From the IMG/VR virus record IMGVR_UViG_3300021431_000075, positions 320,001 through 384,000 of that record: a stretch of 64,000 nucleotides of DNA. One strand, written 5' to 3'. Both the position numbers and the translations under genes were made by a program. Below, piece after piece: positions 9,454-19,795 of the stretch (position 1 is its first letter; each line of letters opens with the position of its first letter). The DNA is from a virus (taxonomy: Duplodnaviria > Caudoviricetes). The notes beneath the pieces are model-generated. The model made no database searches, was not told where the DNA came from, and saw only the letters and a list, made by a program, of their open reading frames with translations.

Positions 9454-11952
9454 ATGAACAGAGAAATATATTTTTGCTTTGACTTTAGAAGCTGGCTTAG
9501 TGTGACAGAAAAAATGAAGAAGTTCGTCACGTCGAACAATTATTATGAGACAAGAGACTTGATAGACAAGGGAGAGACTGCAATCGTCACGTCGTCGGTT
9601 GCAAATCTGTCATTTGACTTGTTTGAAAAGTATAGGGTTTTCGTATGCGATGAGTGCGTGACTGTTGAGTTGAAACCCGGAATGGTTTTCAAGGACGGAA
9701 CTGTTATTCGTCGTAAGAATGGAAAAATGCTTGACTTGATTGAACACAGTCTGGCGGAACTTCAGGATTGCAAGATTATTGATGTTGATGACGATTCAAA
9801 TAGAAGAAAGGATTCTATGATCGATGTCGAGCGTTTTGTCGGCAATGTCATGGAACGGCTTTGTCAGAAAGACAATGACATGTACAAGATACTTCAGGAT
9901 TCTCTCTTTGAGCAGGGGCTTGTATATGAAGGTTCCAAGATAACGAAGGCTGGATGTGTTGAAAAAAGCCAGACTTCGACTTCTGGTGACGATTGTGAAA
10001 CATGTGAGCATGTAAGGAAGTTCAATGTCGGGGACTGGATTGTATCAAACGGCGGCATTAGAAACATCGTCAAGATAATGAAGGTTGTAGATAATGACGG
10101 TTTCGACGGTACTGGAAAGTGCAAGTATGTTCTCGGCGGTTCGGACGTTGAGTATGAAAAAGACCAAGACTATGTCGAGCAGAACTATCGTTTCTGGAGC
10201 ATTGATGACGCAGTTGCTGGCGATGTCATATCATTGGACAACTATCTTATGGTTTTCAAAGAGAAAATTGATGAAGGAACATGCACATCGTTCTTTACGT
10301 ATGATAGGGATTCAGATTTGTCGTATCCATTTGTCAAGTCTCTTTTCAATATAATCGGATGTCGTGTTTGTCCTGCGACTGAAGATGAGAAGAGTTTGCT
10401 TGAAGCGAAAATGAGGAACGGCGGATATGCAATGAGTGAAGACAAAACACAACTACTGAGAGTCAAGCCACATAAGTTCGAATACGGCGACTGGATTGTG
10501 TATGACACGAATAATGGAAATGTTTCGACGCCGCGGCAGATAACGGGAGTTGGAATGGCAAATGGTTGCTATTTGCTTGATGACAGCAAGAAGTATCCGT
10601 TTGACGAAGTCGATAAGATGTATAGAAAATGGAACTATGACGATATCAAGGATGGGGATTTCTTGTGCGCATATGAGTTCGGAAAACCGAAAGCGCTGTT
10701 TGTCAAGAGAGACGATTACAAGAATATCGGCGGCATGAGGTATCAATTTGCATATTCGTGCGATGATACTCATGGAAGCATAAGCGGCAAGGGATTCCCT
10801 GTTATTGTCTTTTCTGTCAGTGACGTGAGACCTGCTGATAAAGAGCAGAGGGAAACCATTTTAAGGGAAATTGAAAATGCAGGTTATCGGTGGGATGCTG
10901 CGAAGAAGCGTGTCATTCCAAAGGTAGAATCTGAAGAATCTACGTCAGACAAACAGGATGAAGAACAGCATAAGTTTTCTGTGGGAGACTGGGTTGTCGG
11001 ATTCGGAAAGACACTTCTTATTGTCGATATTTACAAAGATGATGACTTTGAAGGTTATGTATATAAGTTTGAGGGAGATTTTGTTTTGGCTGAATCGCTT
11101 CTTGATGATTTCCGGTTATGGAATCGAAATTTTGATGTCAAGAACGGAGACTTTCTTTGCAGCGATGAGAAAGGAATTCCTAAATATATTTTTATTGCAA
11201 GCAATTCGCATTTTAGCGGCTGTCGTTATTTGTATTATTGTCGATATTGCATTCAATCTGGTGCTTTTGAGACAGAAGACGGTTCTGTGTGTCTGTCTGA
11301 TGATATGTCGTTTGTTCATCCGGCTACGTCTGAACAGCGTAAACTGTTGCTTGACAATATTTTGTTAAACGGCTACAAATGGGATGATGATGTGAAGAAA
11401 TTGTCAAGCATTAAGATGAAAACGCCTGAAGAAAGCCTTGGTATTTCATCTCAAGAGTATGCAGACATTGTTGATGAATGCATTTTCGGAGATGACTGGA
11501 AATTCAAAGCAGGAGACTGGATCGTAGATGCCCTCAATTTTAAGAAGGAGAAGGTTGTTGCCTGCTCGAAAGAGACTGGATACTTTCTGTCAAGCGGTTC
11601 AGAAGAGTGGTGGGCAGACAAAGACGATGTTGAAGAATATTATCATTTGTGGACTATTGACGATTTGATGCCGTTTGATGCTGTTGTTTGTGTGGATGGA
11701 GACGAAAGGATATGTCTGTACAAGAAAGCGAACGATGATACTACGGTTAGATGTTATGGATTTGTTAATATAACACTAAGGAATTCTAAATTTGAATTGG
11801 CTGACAAACATGAGTTATTTCATACGAAAGGAATGCACCCGGCAACAGATGAACAGGAAAAACTGCTTAATAAGAAGATGAACGAAGCAGGTTATGTCAT
11901 TGTTACAAAGGATGGCAAGAAAAAGCTCATGAATCTTGTTGATGTAGATTGA
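9454..11952 (+). CDS. repeat protein with four KFxxGDWxV modules
   Basis: four modules GDWIV..W...D...GD.L..PA..E..L. Confidence 0.85.
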   Translation: MNREIYFCFDFRSWLSVTEKMKKFVTSNNYYETRDLIDKGETAIVTSSVANLSFDLFEKYRVFVCDECVTVELKPGMVFKDGTVIRRKNGKMLDLIEHSLAELQDCKIIDVDDDSNRRKDSMIDVERFVGNVMERLCQKDNDMYKILQDSLFEQGLVYEGSKITKAGCVEKSQTSTSGDDCETCEHVRKFNVGDWIVSNGGIRNIVKIMKVVDNDGFDGTGKCKYVLGGSDVEYEKDQDYVEQNYRFWSIDDAVAGDVISLDNYLMVFKEKIDEGTCTSFFTYDRDSDLSYPFVKSLFNIIGCRVCPATEDEKSLLEAKMRNGGYAMSEDKTQLLRVKPHKFEYGDWIVYDTNNGNVSTPRQITGVGMANGCYLLDDSKKYPFDEVDKMYRKWNYDDIKDGDFLCAYEFGKPKALFVKRDDYKNIGGMRYQFAYSCDDTHGSISGKGFPVIVFSVSDVRPADKEQRETILREIENAGYRWDAAKKRVIPKVESEESTSDKQDEEQHKFSVGDWVVGFGKTLLIVDIYKDDDFEGYVYKFEGDFVLAESLLDDFRLWNRNFDVKNGDFLCSDEKGIPKYIFIASNSHFSGCRYLYYCRYCIQSGAFETEDGSVCLSDDMSFVHPATSEQRKLLLDNILLNGYKWDDDVKKLSSIKMKTPEESLGISSQEYADIVDECIFGDDWKFKAGDWIVDALNFKKEKVVACSKETGYFLSSGSEEWWADKDDVEEYYHLWTIDDLMPFDAVVCVDGDERICLYKKANDDTTVRCYGFVNITLRNSKFELADKHELFHTKGMHPATDEQEKLLNKKMNEAGYVIVTKDGKKKLMNLVDVD

Positions 11953-11990
11953 GATGTGTTTAAAAAAAGAACATTTAGTGATAAAAGATT

Positions 11991-12341
11991 ATGAAACTCA
12001 AAGAGGAAGATTGTTCGATTGTAGATAATAATCATTTTGATTATCTTGGCAAGACATATGATTGTGAAAATGCAATCAAGGATGATGTTGAAATGATTAT
12101 TAATAATGCAAAGTTGCATAACAAATTCAATGAATACAATGAACATTCATTAAGACCGGACCGTGTTCGTTTGTATGTTGATGAAAACAGCAAAGAACCG
12201 GTCTATGGTATGATTATATATTCGATTGAAAACATCAAGTTCAACTATAGGCGCGTGGCGTGTGGAAATTATTATCCTATTGCCGATGTTGGATGTAGAT
12301 GTTTGGAACCGCATTTCTATCAAGCAAGCATTTGCTGGTGA
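11991..12341 (+). CDS. hypothetical protein
   Basis: ORF in co-oriented gene run. Confidence 0.75.
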   Translation: MKLKEEDCSIVDNNHFDYLGKTYDCENAIKDDVEMIINNAKLHNKFNEYNEHSLRPDRVRLYVDENSKEPVYGMIIYSIENIKFNYRRVACGNYYPIADVGCRCLEPHFYQASICW

Positions 12342-12350
12342 GATTAAACT

Positions 12351-12548
12351 ATGGAACCGATTGTTTTGAATTTTATATTGGAACTTGCCTCTTTTGTTGG
12401 TGGCGTTGCATTGATTTTTTTAATTCAGTCAATGATGTTGAGTAATACGGAAAAAGAACTATCAAAATGGATGATGGATGTTTATATATTTTTTTCTGCT
12501 GTTGCTATCACTTTGTTTCTTGTTTCTTATACAAGTACAGGCGGTTAA
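12351..12548 (+). CDS. small membrane protein (2 TM)
   Basis: two hydrophobic segments. Confidence 0.7.
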   Translation: MEPIVLNFILELASFVGGVALIFLIQSMMLSNTEKELSKWMMDVYIFFSAVAITLFLVSYTSTGG

Positions 12549-12566
12549 TTTATAAAGAAGATTTAT

Positions 12567-13043
12567 ATGGCTTTCTGTTTAGATAATAGATTCGAGATGA
12601 TAGAGAGGGTTCGGACTTATCTTGAAGATAATACGAAGATAAATGATAATCCTGCGGAGATGGATGTCATTGACAACATTCTGTACAGGTTCTGGATGCT
12701 TGGATGGCTTCATGATATTGATAACAAAATCAATGATGAGAGAGATATGGATTATGCTCAACGGTTTCATTGTATTGATTATATTCAAGCAAATCGTGTC
12801 TTTAATGATGACGGCTCCATTAACATAAGACAAGCAATGATTGAGAACGAGCATTCCGCATTAAAGATTTTGTCTGATATCGTGAGTTGGGGCGGCAAGA
12901 TAGTTGATGTTTACATCGGAAACTCTATTGACGGAAAAGTTGCTGAATGGAAACCGGATGGCTTGGATAAGATTGTTTCTGATAATGACTGGTTTTCCGA
13001 AGAAATGATAACAAGTTCAAAAAACGTACATCATGGAAATTAA
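12567..13043 (+). CDS. hypothetical protein, paralog of the N-terminal part of 17656-18456
   Basis: RFEMIERV..IDNILYRFWMLGWL shared. Confidence 0.8.
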   Translation: MAFCLDNRFEMIERVRTYLEDNTKINDNPAEMDVIDNILYRFWMLGWLHDIDNKINDERDMDYAQRFHCIDYIQANRVFNDDGSINIRQAMIENEHSALKILSDIVSWGGKIVDVYIGNSIDGKVAEWKPDGLDKIVSDNDWFSEEMITSSKNVHHGN

Positions 13044-13302
13044 GAAGAAGTTTGAAAAATATATTAATTTGCGAGATGAACTCTGGTTGCTTCTTGATGA
13101 TTTTGTCAAAGAGAGAAAGATAAGGCTTGAGACAGACGAGTTTTCAGATTTTATTGTTGAAGGACATGGAAAAAATGTTTTGTTGTTGTTCACAGACAAG
13201 GAAACATTTGATAATAGCGACACATGCACATGCGTTGAAATGGATTTGATTGAAGAGTTTGCTAAAAACAGAAAACATCATGGCATCAAAGACGGTTTAT
13301 AA
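13033..13302 (+). CDS. hypothetical protein
   Basis: overlapping ORF in run. Confidence 0.7.
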   Translation: MEIKKKFEKYINLRDELWLLLDDFVKERKIRLETDEFSDFIVEGHGKNVLLLFTDKETFDNSDTCTCVEMDLIEEFAKNRKHHGIKDGL

Positions 13303-13591
13303 GAAGATAGAAGATTACGACAAGAGCGAGTTTGACGGTCTTGTCGGCAAGATGTGCAAGGTTCTGTGTCATTCGAGATGGTTCGGTGCAAAGACTACGG
13401 AGCCTGCTATCTGGCTCCGTGGACGCATTGTGAAAGTTTCTTGGGGCAGGGATGACGTGTTTAAGAAAGAATGTGATTACCCGGCATTCACTATTGATGT
13501 CTGGAAATGCAAGAAGTACGATACGGCAAGGCTTCCCTGCTTGACGCAGCTGCCGCATCAGGTTGAAGGATGTATAATGATTAAGATTTAG
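13280..13591 (+). CDS. hypothetical protein
   Basis: ORF in run; start at MASKT. Confidence 0.7.
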   Translation: MASKTVYKKIEDYDKSEFDGLVGKMCKVLCHSRWFGAKTTEPAIWLRGRIVKVSWGRDDVFKKECDYPAFTIDVWKCKKYDTARLPCLTQLPHQVEGCIMIKI

Positions 13592-13600
13592 AAATAATTT

Positions 13601-13924
13601 ATGGTGAATTGGAACACAGAAGTCGAAGGTCACTTTATTGAATTCAAGACCGGAAGCACCGGAAGTATTGATCCTTGGTCCCTTGCTTATGCGGTCGAGA
13701 ACAATATAAAGTTATGGATTTCAGACGACATGATGGACTATGTCAGGGTTGACAATTCCGTGATTTATAAATTTGAACGATGTTCGGCATATGTGCTTGT
13801 AGATATGATTAAGAATGGTGAACTGAACACGTTCAAGGAAGTTGATGACTGGCTTATGACTAATTGCAAGCAATGCCTGACTTATCTTGAAATGGTTGAA
13901 ATCTTAAACAAAAGAAAGCGATGA
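13601..13924 (+). CDS. hypothetical protein, tandem paralog A
   Basis: SIDPWSLAYA shared with next gene. Confidence 0.8.
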   Translation: MVNWNTEVEGHFIEFKTGSTGSIDPWSLAYAVENNIKLWISDDMMDYVRVDNSVIYKFERCSAYVLVDMIKNGELNTFKEVDDWLMTNCKQCLTYLEMVEILNKRKR

Positions 13925-14286
13925 TGAACTTTAATGCGGAAATAGACGGTCATGTAGTCGAGTTCTTGTTTGGAACGACAGAAAGCATCGACCCTTGGTC
14001 TCTTGCTTATGCAGATGAAAACAACATAGATGTCTGGATAACTTGCGACCCTACATATTTCGTCAGGCTGGACGGAGAGTCGATTTATCGTTTCGACAAG
14101 AGTTCTGCTGATGATGTCAATAATGAGCAGAAGATTGTTGAAGAAATCAAGACATATAAGGACACCAAGTTCTCGGACTTAGTTATATGGCTTGCAAAGA
14201 ACTGCGTGAAGATGCCTGACTATTCTGAAATGATTGAACAGTTGGACAAACAGAAAGAACAAGATTTTGGTTTAGAAAGTAAATGA
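13921..14286 (+). CDS. hypothetical protein, tandem paralog B
   Basis: SIDPWSLAYA; ATGA overlaps at both ends. Confidence 0.8.
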   Translation: MMNFNAEIDGHVVEFLFGTTESIDPWSLAYADENNIDVWITCDPTYFVRLDGESIYRFDKSSADDVNNEQKIVEEIKTYKDTKFSDLVIWLAKNCVKMPDYSEMIEQLDKQKEQDFGLESK

Positions 14287-15035
14287 AGATTATTTCAAAA
14301 GTCAAGGATTATTATGACTATTTGTCAGGAATCAACGGCATAGACCCACTGGTCGTCTATGACAGGAGAAACTATGTTATTCTTGCAAACAGAAACGAGA
14401 GCATTCCGTCTGACTTGGTCTATCGGCTTGATTTTGAAAAGAGAATTGGAGACAAGAAGAAAAGTCTTAAATATATGTGGCATTCTCACAGGATTCTATA
14501 TAACGAGAAATACAAGAATACGCAAAAGAGCAATAACAAGAAGGTTCTTGAAGGAGAACTCTATTATATGTGTCTGCTTGTTGGATTTGTGAGATATGTC
14601 ATCGAATGTGAGCGTTATCTTGATGATTCGGACAAAGTCTGTATTGACTATAAGATTATCAAGAAGACAGAGTTCGGTTCTATCGGTAGCCGGGAACAAG
14701 TTTGTCTTTATCCGTTCAAGGAGCCTGTTATTCTTTATCCATGTAGTTGCTATAACGATTACAAGATTGTCTATCACGGAAAGACTTTATATAAGGATTT
14801 GCGGAAGGTTTCAGAAGATGAAGTTAGAAAGATGATGATTGTGAACCCGATTCTGAAAGACACAGCGCTTGCATCGTTGATTCCGGCAGAAGAAGTCTGG
14901 AGTAACATATATGCTTATCTTTCCGCATTGAATGAGAAAGATATTGTTGATACCAGAACAGATGATAGTCATATCGTTTCTCATGGTTTCGATTTGAAGG
15001 ATTCTTTCAGAAATATTGAACATAGATTAGATTGA
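14283..15035 (+). CDS. phage hypothetical protein
   Basis: MKIISKVKDYYDY..HGFDLKDSFR termini. Confidence 0.8.
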   Translation: MKIISKVKDYYDYLSGINGIDPLVVYDRRNYVILANRNESIPSDLVYRLDFEKRIGDKKKSLKYMWHSHRILYNEKYKNTQKSNNKKVLEGELYYMCLLVGFVRYVIECERYLDDSDKVCIDYKIIKKTEFGSIGSREQVCLYPFKEPVILYPCSCYNDYKIVYHGKTLYKDLRKVSEDEVRKMMIVNPILKDTALASLIPAEEVWSNIYAYLSALNEKDIVDTRTDDSHIVSHGFDLKDSFRNIEHRLD

Positions 15036-15041
15036 GAAAAC

Positions 15042-15293
15042 ATGAGTGAAAATAAGTTAATGATAAGAGAGCAAGTTGCTGAGAAATTGAAACAGATGAA
15101 GTCTGGCGGAGAAATCCCAGATTCAACAAGAGGCGTCAGCATTATAACTTTGCATCAAGGTTATCCGGTTTTTCATCCGGTTGCGGTGGTTGTAGTTAGA
15201 GAACCCGGAAAACTCGACTATTATTCAGAAGATAATGTTGAGAAGATAATGGATTTTGGTGAGAAGAACGGCGGTTTAATAGACTTTATTTAA
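15042..15293 (+). CDS. hypothetical protein
   Basis: ORF in run. Confidence 0.7.
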   Translation: MSENKLMIREQVAEKLKQMKSGGEIPDSTRGVSIITLHQGYPVFHPVAVVVVREPGKLDYYSEDNVEKIMDFGEKNGGLIDFI

Positions 15294-15303
15294 TTTGAAC
15301 AAA

Positions 15304-15747
15304 ATGAACAAGAAACAAAAAGATTTTTCATTAAGAGTTTTGGCAATGCTTTTGCCATATGATGTTTCTGTCGAGATAACTCTGGTTGACGGAACGAAGT
15401 TCATCGACAAGTTGACAGCAGATAGATGGAACGACTGGAACAGTGATAACGGAGAAACATATGAAGGCATAAGACCGTTCTTGAGACCGACTGCGTCTAT
15501 GACGCTGGAAGAGAAGAACGATTTGCTATTGACAGTTGTTGGAAAAGACGGCGCAGAGCATTTCCATGTAACAAGTACAGGCATATATGACAATGACAAG
15601 AAAGATCAGTCTATTGAGAACTTCTCTTTTCATTGGATAATCTTCGAGAATGATTCGATTGTGAAATATGTTCAATGGATGCTTGAACATAAGTTTGATA
15701 TGTTCAAGATGTTAAAGAAGAAACTTGCAATTTCTGATCGTAAATAA
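15304..15747 (+). CDS. hypothetical protein (PFLR..MTxEEK type)
   Basis: similar to 8347-8742. Confidence 0.75.
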   Translation: MNKKQKDFSLRVLAMLLPYDVSVEITLVDGTKFIDKLTADRWNDWNSDNGETYEGIRPFLRPTASMTLEEKNDLLLTVVGKDGAEHFHVTSTGIYDNDKKDQSIENFSFHWIIFENDSIVKYVQWMLEHKFDMFKMLKKKLAISDRK

Positions 15748-15749
15748 AG

Positions 15750-16286
15750 ATGAAGAAGATTATTCCGTTCTATAAAGGCGAGAACATTTCAAACAATCCG
15801 CTTGGTTATTCATCTGTTTCAAATGCGAAGAAACGGATGAAGCAGGATGACGTCGTCAAGGATTTTGATAAAACTCTTCCAGAAGATTACTGGCTTGGAC
15901 ACATGTACATTTATGAATTGGCGAATCCCTGGAATGAAGATATAAAGCCGAACGACAGGAACGATTTTATGTTCAAAAACAAGCAAGTCAATACACATGG
16001 AGGCATGTTTTGCATAACCTATTATACAAACGGCTACATAAAGGACGGTTCTTTGACTAACTTGAAAGACTTGCCTGATGATGTCTATGAACTGTTTGTT
16101 TCTCTATATAAGGCAGAAGAAACAAACAATAAAGAGTTGTACGAACCGACGCTTTATGCAATTTTGCGAAAAGGATTTCTTCCAGTCTTGTTTAAAGATA
16201 AGAAAGACTATAAGAAAAGATTCAACAAGTTCGTTTCCGATAATGTTGAGTTCAGGGAAATTGAAGTGAATGTCGTCTATTCGTAG
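15750..16286 (+). CDS. hypothetical protein
   Basis: ORF in run. Confidence 0.75.
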   Translation: MKKIIPFYKGENISNNPLGYSSVSNAKKRMKQDDVVKDFDKTLPEDYWLGHMYIYELANPWNEDIKPNDRNDFMFKNKQVNTHGGMFCITYYTNGYIKDGSLTNLKDLPDDVYELFVSLYKAEETNNKELYEPTLYAILRKGFLPVLFKDKKDYKKRFNKFVSDNVEFREIEVNVVYS

Positions 16287-16323
16287 ACGATGTTCATTTT
16301 TTTGTTAAACTATGTTAAACGAT

Positions 16324-16354
16324 TTTGTAGTTTGAGATTTTATCTTTATATTTG
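16324..16354 (+). promoter_or_regulatory. Bacteroidota-type -33/-7 promoter
   Basis: TTTG-N19-TATATTTG. Confidence 0.75.
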
Positions 16355-16375
16355 CCATCTAAAAACTACAAGACG

Positions 16376-16855
16376 ATGGATTTGAATATCAGGCATACGT
16401 TAGACAAGAGAAGAATCAAGAAGCCTGTCGGCTTTCTTGGTCCGGATGGTCGCTGGTTCTTGATAGATGCAAGTGAGAATGGGCTTGCTCATATTGAACT
16501 GGCAGAACATGTCTATGACGAGTATGCTGATTATATTCAGCGAAACAGGATTTTCATTTTCAATTATGATGTGGATTTAGAACATGCTGGCATCATCAAG
16601 GTACATGGTTCGATGGTTCGTTATTTTGCACAATCGCCGTTCGGCGGTTATTATGACCAGAGTGCTTGCAAAACTCCGGAAGTGACAGATGTCCAGATGG
16701 AACAGCTCTGCGAATATGCAAAGAAGTTCGGAGAAAGCGGAAAGTTGAGTTTCAACTACAATTATCCGCAGTTTTCATTTTCTGCATTGAGACAGATGGA
16801 CCGGATTCAAATCAATCGTTTGTTTGCAAAAGATAGAAATCAAATATCCAATTAA
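16376..16855 (+). CDS. hypothetical protein
   Basis: ATG start downstream of promoter. Confidence 0.75.
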   Translation: MDLNIRHTLDKRRIKKPVGFLGPDGRWFLIDASENGLAHIELAEHVYDEYADYIQRNRIFIFNYDVDLEHAGIIKVHGSMVRYFAQSPFGGYYDQSACKTPEVTDVQMEQLCEYAKKFGESGKLSFNYNYPQFSFSALRQMDRIQINRLFAKDRNQISN

Positions 16856-16883
16856 CTAATGAACTATAAAAGAGAGAATAACA

Positions 16884-17375
16884 ATGACGTTACTGTATTA
16901 TTATAGAGCTCACAATCACAATTTTGACAAGACTTGTGCTGTTGCATATGTTATCGGAAAGCCTGCTTATAATGATGTTAGCGGGGTTATGGAATTCGTG
17001 CGAAACTGCAAGATCGAGTTTGAGATTCCGCCAAAAGAAGAACGACTCGGTTTGTTGCAGAAAGTCAACAAGCAGATAAAGGATCCTGATTGTCCTAAGA
17101 ATATTATGTACAAGTTCTATATGTATAAGCATAAGTTTATAAAGTTGATGCTTAAAAACGGACTGGTTGATAAGGTTCTTGAATCAGCCAATCATTACCA
17201 TTTCTTTATTGGTGACTATGACTTTCATCAGCCGAAGACTTATTTTCCGAAGGGAATTGACAAAATAGAAGGAACCGAAGTATATGAACCGCGTGATGCA
17301 ACAGAGAAGTTCAATCACGATGACTATGTCAGATGCATGCTTGGACTCATAGAAGAGTTGCCGATGAAATCTTGA
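16884..17375 (+). CDS. hypothetical protein
   Basis: ORF in run. Confidence 0.75.
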   Translation: MTLLYYYRAHNHNFDKTCAVAYVIGKPAYNDVSGVMEFVRNCKIEFEIPPKEERLGLLQKVNKQIKDPDCPKNIMYKFYMYKHKFIKLMLKNGLVDKVLESANHYHFFIGDYDFHQPKTYFPKGIDKIEGTEVYEPRDATEKFNHDDYVRCMLGLIEELPMKS

Positions 17376-17377
17376 TT

Positions 17378-17659
17378 ATGAGTATGAGTAGCAATTTAGA
17401 CAGCGAACAATTGAAACAACAAGTCAGGTTCAGTTCGCTTTATACAGACATAAGACGATGTGTTGAAATCGCGGTTCGTGACAATATTAGTTATGACAAG
17501 ACTGTTGAAGAAATCATGAAGATTGTCGAGCCGTTGATTAAAGAGAACATAAATCATCAGAAATATGTTGATGAATTGGTTTGCAAGTTGTCAAGTCCTA
17601 CTTTCATTACGTTAAAAGATAATAATAATTTTTCAGTTTTTAATCCACATAATTTATGA
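17378..17659 (+). CDS. hypothetical protein
   Basis: ORF in run. Confidence 0.7.
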   Translation: MSMSSNLDSEQLKQQVRFSSLYTDIRRCVEIAVRDNISYDKTVEEIMKIVEPLIKENINHQKYVDELVCKLSSPTFITLKDNNNFSVFNPHNL

Positions 17660-18456
17660 GCGGAGACAAATGCACAGACGGTCGCTTTGAAATGATAGAC
17701 CGTGTCAAGAAAGTTCTTATTGATAGCACGAACATAGAAACAAGCAAGGAAGATATGGCTGCTATCGACTCGATTCTGTTCAGGTTCTGGCAGATGGGAT
17801 GGCTGAAAGTCATTGATGATAGACTTCCCGGAGCAGACAAGAGAAGATATTGCATCGACTTTGTGAGACCGACTTGTCCGCTTTGTGAAAACGGAACGCT
17901 TAATGTAAGACATTGCAGGGTTATTGGCGAAGATACCGCGATAACCGTCTTGACTGAATTGCTCGGTTGCAATTGCAAGATAGTCGATATGTACATCGGG
18001 AATGTCATAGACGGAAAACTGGATGACTGGAAACTGGATGCACATATGGACATTGTCGGACCTGATGACTGGTTCACGGAAGAATGGTTGAAGATGATAA
18101 CTTCTGATGTTGGTTCTTTGAACGATGACAAGAGAATCAAGATTTCAAACAATCCGAATCCTCAAGTTTGGATAGAGCTGCACATCAAGGGTAATGAATC
18201 CTCAGATTATTTTGATGTTGATAATATTCTGAGTCTTGATTTGTCTGCAGACGGCGAGCCGTTTATTACTTATCAAGCAGACAAGCAAAGCAGTGTTGTT
18301 AATTATTTCATACAGGAAAGTTGTGATGAAATTCAAGAACTTTATGACGAAGCTTGTAAGAAGAAATTGTTGTTGAAAGACAACTCTGTTGTCTTGACAA
18401 ACATCCAGTTCAGAAAGTTGATTGATGCCTCAGGAATTTTAACGAAAGAAAATTAA
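17656..18456 (+). CDS. two-domain hypothetical protein
   Basis: N-part like 12567-13043; C-part weakly like 21814-22266. Confidence 0.8.
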   Translation: MSGDKCTDGRFEMIDRVKKVLIDSTNIETSKEDMAAIDSILFRFWQMGWLKVIDDRLPGADKRRYCIDFVRPTCPLCENGTLNVRHCRVIGEDTAITVLTELLGCNCKIVDMYIGNVIDGKLDDWKLDAHMDIVGPDDWFTEEWLKMITSDVGSLNDDKRIKISNNPNPQVWIELHIKGNESSDYFDVDNILSLDLSADGEPFITYQADKQSSVVNYFIQESCDEIQELYDEACKKKLLLKDNSVVLTNIQFRKLIDASGILTKEN

Positions 18457-18462
18457 AAAATT

Positions 18463-19260
18463 ATGGTTTTATTTGAAGACATTAAAGTTGGAACTTTTCT
18501 TCATTGGGTTAATGAAAACAAAGAGTTCTATGGGATTTTTTCAAACTACAGCCCAGCATGTAGGAAATGCAGTTTCTTTATCACTTATGAAGTGAATACG
18601 GAACAACTGGATCGTTCCGTGTTGATCTACATACCGGAAAATATGATGAGTGATGTTTCGATAGTTGATAAAGAACATCGATTCAAATTCATCAATATGC
18701 TTAAGAAGAGTGGTTTGTATGAAGGTTTTATTGAACGACTTCAGATAAGTAGTTATATATACAAGAATGATGAGTTGATACATGTCAATGCAAAAGATGA
18801 GTATGGTTTCGGAGACTGGATAATAAACGATTTAGGAACTGTCTGTTATAGGCTTGACGAATTTAAACATAATATCCAGGGACGTTTAGAGACATCATAT
18901 CGCGTTGTTTATGACATTGATGGACAACAGCATCGGTTGTATACTGCAATGATTAATAAGTTCTTTCATTTGTGGTCCCTGATTGATGCGAAACCGGGCG
19001 ATGTTCTTGTCCACGGAGATTATATATTCGTTTACAAGGATTTCGACAGCAATACCAAGACTATAAAGGCAAAATGCTGTTGCAATCTCTACATAGGTTA
19101 TCCTGTTGTATGTAAGGAAACAGAAATACCATACACAAATCAAGTGTGTTTTCCTGCGGATGCAAGTCAAAGAGAGTTGTTGTTTGATAGTCTTTTGATT
19201 CGCGGTTATGAGTACAACAAGACTACGGGTTCTATCCGTAAAATAAGAAGAAACAAATGA
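18463..19260 (+). CDS. hypothetical protein with one GDWI module
   Basis: FGDWII..HLWSLIDAKPGDVL..PA as in 9454-11952. Confidence 0.8.
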   Translation: MVLFEDIKVGTFLHWVNENKEFYGIFSNYSPACRKCSFFITYEVNTEQLDRSVLIYIPENMMSDVSIVDKEHRFKFINMLKKSGLYEGFIERLQISSYIYKNDELIHVNAKDEYGFGDWIINDLGTVCYRLDEFKHNIQGRLETSYRVVYDIDGQQHRLYTAMINKFFHLWSLIDAKPGDVLVHGDYIFVYKDFDSNTKTIKAKCCCNLYIGYPVVCKETEIPYTNQVCFPADASQRELLFDSLLIRGYEYNKTTGSIRKIRRNK

Positions 19261-19646
19261 GAAGGTTGTCACAAGAAGAAGCAATCAACGGTTATGCATG
19301 GGCGAATGATAGCATAAGAATAAACAAGGAAACATTTGAGCGTGAGACCAGTGATATTAGCAAGATGGTTTCCATTCCAATCTATGATGAAGTCAAGAAT
19401 GCCGTTGAGTACGGAATCGCGTTTCAGAGAAATGCTATCTGGCATAAGAATGCGGAAGATAAACCGACATCGAGCGGAAGTACGTACATTACTCTGTGCA
19501 GAAACAAGAACAAGCCTGACGGAATCTGGCTGGCTGATATATGCCAGTGGGAAGATGGATGGACAGGAAGAACCAACTGGGAAGATGTGGTTCTCTGGAC
19601 TGAAATCGAAAATATACTGCCTGTGTGTGAACCAAGTGAAATTTAG
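19257..19646 (+). CDS. hypothetical protein (DUF551-like C-terminus)
   Basis: WH...KP..W..VVLW pattern. Confidence 0.7.
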   Translation: MRRLSQEEAINGYAWANDSIRINKETFERETSDISKMVSIPIYDEVKNAVEYGIAFQRNAIWHKNAEDKPTSSGSTYITLCRNKNKPDGIWLADICQWEDGWTGRTNWEDVVLWTEIENILPVCEPSEI

Positions 19647-19795
19647 AAGAGAAGCGGACAGGTTCAAGTTCGAAAATCCGATGACAATAACTTTGTTATT
19701 GCCGTTATCGGCAAGTCATCGAGCTCAGATAAGATAGTCGGAAAGATAAGAGAGAAATAAAGATTTTTAATTTCATACAATAGTTTTTAATTCAT

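Noticed and set aside
19670-19730. Hammerhead ribozyme
   Set aside because: The sequence is CCGATGA rather than CTGATGA, and there is no GAAA after the following stem.
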